In this document: positions 60,917 to 64,000 of the stretch, in pieces
Position numbering within the stretch: the stretch's first letter is position 1
How the letters are laid out: every line of letters begins with the position of its first letter
Position numbers and translations under genes: made by a program
Assembly: GCA_963753595.1 (NCBI GenBank)
Contig: CAVWCX010000002.1
Coordinates: 68,060-132,059, forward strand
DNA length: 64,000 nt
DNA from: Candidatus Methanoperedenaceae archaeon
GTDB lineage: Archaea; Halobacteriota; Methanosarcinia; Methanosarcinales; Methanoperedenaceae
Direction: 5' to 3'
Notes under the pieces: generated by a model
The model's database searches: none
What the model saw: only the letters and a program-made list of their open reading frames with translations
Told to the model about the DNA's origin: nothing

Positions 60917-61522
60917 ATGATTGAGATTGGAATATTCATAACTGCTTTCATTGTTGTGATTATTACATTTATTGCGTTGAAAGTAATTGGAATACCCATT
61001 TATTTCCATCCGCTTGGAAAAGAAAGCATCAGGCTAATTCATGACGAATCAATTAAACCGCCTATGAATGAGGCGAAAGATTGGAGATTTAAGAAGATAG
61101 ATGAGGCTGAACGAAAAGGACAAAAAGTACTTTTGGCTAAAGTTGGCGAGTTTGGTATAGGAATGCTTGATACAGTAAAATATGCTTTGAATAAAGGATT
61201 TAGTGTCACAGTAGTGGGTAATAAGACCTACTGCAATTCCCGAGATGAAGTAATTAACCTTTTGAATGATGATGGTTTTTCTGGTAGATTTAAATTTTAT
61301 GTATTGGAACATAGACCGAAAGATCATTTTGCCATAATTGGTTCTAATCTTTTTATTGAAGATCCACATGAGTGGAATGCAGAAATTAAGAACTCAATGG
61401 GGATTACTAATGCGCATAAGTATATTTTAAATGAGTTTTATAGGAAGTTTGAAGATGCAATTAAGATGGCAAAAAAAACAGATATAGAGTTTATAAAAAC
61501 AATGCCTTGTTATGCAAAATAA
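60917..61522 (+). CDS. Hypothetical protein with N-terminal TM and possible degenerate PLD-like fold
   Basis: TM helix then RPKDHFAIIGSNLFIEDPH; AT-rich. Confidence 0.55.
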   Translation: MIEIGIFITAFIVVIITFIALKVIGIPIYFHPLGKESIRLIHDESIKPPMNEAKDWRFKKIDEAERKGQKVLLAKVGEFGIGMLDTVKYALNKGFSVTVVGNKTYCNSRDEVINLLNDDGFSGRFKFYVLEHRPKDHFAIIGSNLFIEDPHEWNAEIKNSMGITNAHKYILNEFYRKFEDAIKMAKKTDIEFIKTMPCYAK

Positions 61523-61544
61523 CAATTAAAAATGAGTTAAATAC

Positions 61545-61898
61545 ATGTTAGATTCAAATATCATATTATCTCCAATCATGGTTAGTGGTATAATTGGGAC
61601 AACCCTATCTCTGGCGGTTTTTTCTATGTTTCAAAATTCGAAATTTAGAACATGGATGAGCCCTAAATATTTTGATTTATTCGCAGCCACATCGTTTATA
61701 TTGTCATATTTTTGTACAATTAGTTATATACTGACCATAAATGAATATTTACTTAAGATTAGCTTGTTTTTTTTAATATTAGCCGGAATATTCCTTTTCA
61801 TATCAATTTTGTATTTATATAAATCACATATAGTTGAGGATGTTTTAAATCAAATAAAAGATACACCACAGCTGAATGAACTTTTCAATAAAAAATAG
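61545..61898 (+). CDS. Three-TM hypothetical membrane protein
   Basis: Three hydrophobic segments; AT-rich. Confidence 0.55.
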   Translation: MLDSNIILSPIMVSGIIGTTLSLAVFSMFQNSKFRTWMSPKYFDLFAATSFILSYFCTISYILTINEYLLKISLFFLILAGIFLFISILYLYKSHIVEDVLNQIKDTPQLNELFNKK

Positions 61899-61923
61899 TT
61901 AATATTTTTGGAGGGAATAAAAG

Positions 61924-62937
61924 ATGAAGGCAAAAGTCGCAATCAATGGTTATGGGACGATCGGGAAACGCGTTGCAGATGCAGTGGCTGCACAGGATGA
62001 CATGGAAATCGTGGGCGTCGTTAAGACAAGACCGAGTTTTGAGGCGCGCGTCGCGAAGCAAAAAGGGTACGATCTCTATGTGCCGTCAAATGAAAATTTG
62101 GAGGAATTCAAGAAATCAAAAATTGAGATCAGCGGAACACTTGTTGATCTTCTTGATAAAGCTGACATCGTTATTGATGCTACACCTGGAGATACCGGGG
62201 AGGAATACAAGAAACTCTATGCAAAACATGGGGTAAAGGGCATCTGGCAGGGCGGGGAGGATCACGAACTTACAGGATTTTCTTTTAACTCAGAGGCGAA
62301 TTATTCTGATGGCCTGGGACGCGATTTTGCACGGGTGGTTTCATGCAATACCACCGGTCTTGTCAGGATTTTGTATGCTCTTGACAATGCATTCGAAGTT
62401 AAGAAAGCAAGAGTAACATTAATGCGAAGGGCTGCTGACCCGAATGATATAAAAACAGGTCCTATAAATGCTCTTATCCCTGACCCGATCAAACTTCCCT
62501 CGCACCATGGCCCTGATGTCAATTCAATTCTTCCCGATATAGATATCACGACAATGGCTGTTAAGACTTCTACGACGCTTATGCATCTTCATGCGCTTAA
62601 TATTGTGTTGAAAAAGACCTGCAATGAAGCTGATGTTATCGGTGTCTTTGAAAAAAGACCGCGCATAAGGCTCGTATCCAGCAAGGACAGGATAAAATCA
62701 ACAGCAGAAGCAATGGAATTTGCAAAAGACCTTGGAAGGCCAAGAGGCGACATGTGGGAAAATGTGGTCTGGAAAGACTCAATTGCCATAAACAAGGGCG
62801 AGTTATATTTCTTCCAGGCGATACACCAGGAATCAGATGTAGTTCCTGAAAACGTGGATGCTATCAGGTCACTTCTTGAAATCGAGAAGGACGGGGCAAA
62901 ATCGATCAGGAAGACGAATAAGGCGCTGGGGATTTGA
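61924..62937 (+). CDS. gap: Archaeal type II glyceraldehyde-3-phosphate dehydrogenase
   Basis: NGYGTIGKRVADA, RVVSCNTTGL, PSHHGPD, QAIHQESDVVPEN. Confidence 0.97.
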   Translation: MKAKVAINGYGTIGKRVADAVAAQDDMEIVGVVKTRPSFEARVAKQKGYDLYVPSNENLEEFKKSKIEISGTLVDLLDKADIVIDATPGDTGEEYKKLYAKHGVKGIWQGGEDHELTGFSFNSEANYSDGLGRDFARVVSCNTTGLVRILYALDNAFEVKKARVTLMRRAADPNDIKTGPINALIPDPIKLPSHHGPDVNSILPDIDITTMAVKTSTTLMHLHALNIVLKKTCNEADVIGVFEKRPRIRLVSSKDRIKSTAEAMEFAKDLGRPRGDMWENVVWKDSIAINKGELYFFQAIHQESDVVPENVDAIRSLLEIEKDGAKSIRKTNKALGI

Positions 62938-63182
62938 GGAAAAAAGGTGCTGTTAATAGCCGAAAAACAAAAACACTTTCCTCATTCCAGCAATTTAATA
63001 AACTCCTTAAATCCCGATTGCTTAAGGATCGAAATTAAATCCCTTTAGAACCGGAGGCGCCGTCAATTGCCCCGGGGCCGCCAAGCTGCTGATAATGTGC
63101 CTGTTTCCCGCCAGAGATATTCCAGATGGATTTTCTGGCTCGCGCCTTGTCATTTACAGGAAGGTAGTATTCCCAATTATTA

Positions 63183-63398
63183 TTATAAAGCTTCCACAGG
63201 AGTCTCATCTGAGGCTCTCATTGTGATCTTTGAAGTCTCTGCAAGGAACTCGCTTGCATCCAGGATTTCCATTAAAACAGGTTTTCCTTTTTTTGAAAAG
63301 TGAACTATGATAGGACCGACTTCTTCAGCATAATCTATGGGATCTTCACTTACTTCATAAATTAGAATATCATTCTTTCTATTATAACTGATTTTCAT
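63183..63398 (-). CDS. DUF2283-family putative antitoxin
   Basis: MKISY....DILIY...GKPVLMEILDAS. Confidence 0.82.
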   Translation of the reverse strand: MKISYNRKNDILIYEVSEDPIDYAEEVGPIIVHFSKKGKPVLMEILDASEFLAETSKITMRASDETPVEAL

Positions 63399-63641
63399 AT
63401 CTACCTCTTTTTGCTGGATAAAATGTAATAACTCTAATTTCTTCACGTTCCATCTCGCAAATGACTCTCATTATATGATTTTCATCAAATTTATTTTGAA
63501 TTACCAATCTGCCTTTTTTCCTTCAACTGTCGATGCTGGATTCTCAATAATCTCTTTGATCTGGCTTTCAGATATCATGAGTCCATGCCTCTCAAAGAGC
63601 TTGAATTTGAATTTAGCATGATCTGTAAATATTATTTTCAT
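63382..63641 (-). pseudogene. DUF4258/RelE-like putative toxin with a frameshift in a homopolymer (63514-63519)
   Basis: MKIIFTDHAKFK...IIENP..TVEGKK, then in shifted frame GRLVIQ...MRVICE....IRVITFYPAKRGRY. Confidence 0.72.
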
Positions 63642-64000
63642 GTATTTTAAGATAAACCTGATATAATAATACAAGGGTTCAAGATTATATAATAGTTACT
63701 GATTCGATCTTCTTTAACATATTCACATCGAGAAAACATTGATTACTATCAAGGGGATATCATCCAGGCTCTATCTTTCATAAACGGCGCATTGCCGACC
63801 GTATTCCATGCCTGTTTCCCGGCCAGAGAAATTTCTGTCAGGGTGCGCGCCATGTCATTTACAGGAAGGTGGAAATGAAGGCTTTGCAATGGAATATTAT
63901 TATAGATTTGTGAAAGTGTGTCTCTGGAAGGTGATGGCAGCCATAGGGCAATATAAGGTTATAATACCTTTTTATATTCAAGAGGTGGCTTTATACTTCC

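Larger units (their letters stand above)
63098..63870. repeat. Degenerate direct repeat pair (63098-63168 and 63809-63870) flanking the TA module
   Basis: TGCCTGTTTCCCG(G)CCAGAGA...CGCGCC(T/A)TGTCATTTACAGGAAGGT in both copies. Confidence 0.8.

Overview
Archaeal chromosome segment. Gene content (Csl4, Rpo6/10/11, NrpR-like protein, DUF1608 S-layer domain, type II GAPDH) points to Methanosarcinales, most likely Ca. Methanoperedens (ANME-2d); the taxon is my inference. Housekeeping genes include rps8e, pdxT, csl4-rpoL, thrB, gatCAB, eno, a MoxR/DUF58/VWA operon, rpl18e-rpl13-rps9-rpoN-tRNA-Pro-rpoK-rps2, coaBC, tRNA-Val, argG and gap. They are interspersed with accessory DNA: three toxin-antitoxin pairs, a RadA-like/small protein/PolB2 operon, an ISA1214-like IS that truncates a caspase gene, a two-ATPase/wHTH/TPR module, bacterial-type ruvCAB, a decayed GxxExxY cassette and a Pyr4/PaxB-type terpene-cyclase homologue. 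Main candidates for new biology: (1) a shared upstream motif in front of the two DNA-repair operons (PolB2 and RuvCAB); (2) a multi-hairpin leader in front of rpl18e; (3) inverted-repeat elements built from 9-10 nt units, both empty and carrying a GxxExxY gene; (4) a tandem palindromic operator on the ATPase-TPR module. Several single-base frameshifts, one in the essential rps8e, suggest indel errors in the assembly. All family assignments come from motif recognition, not database searches.
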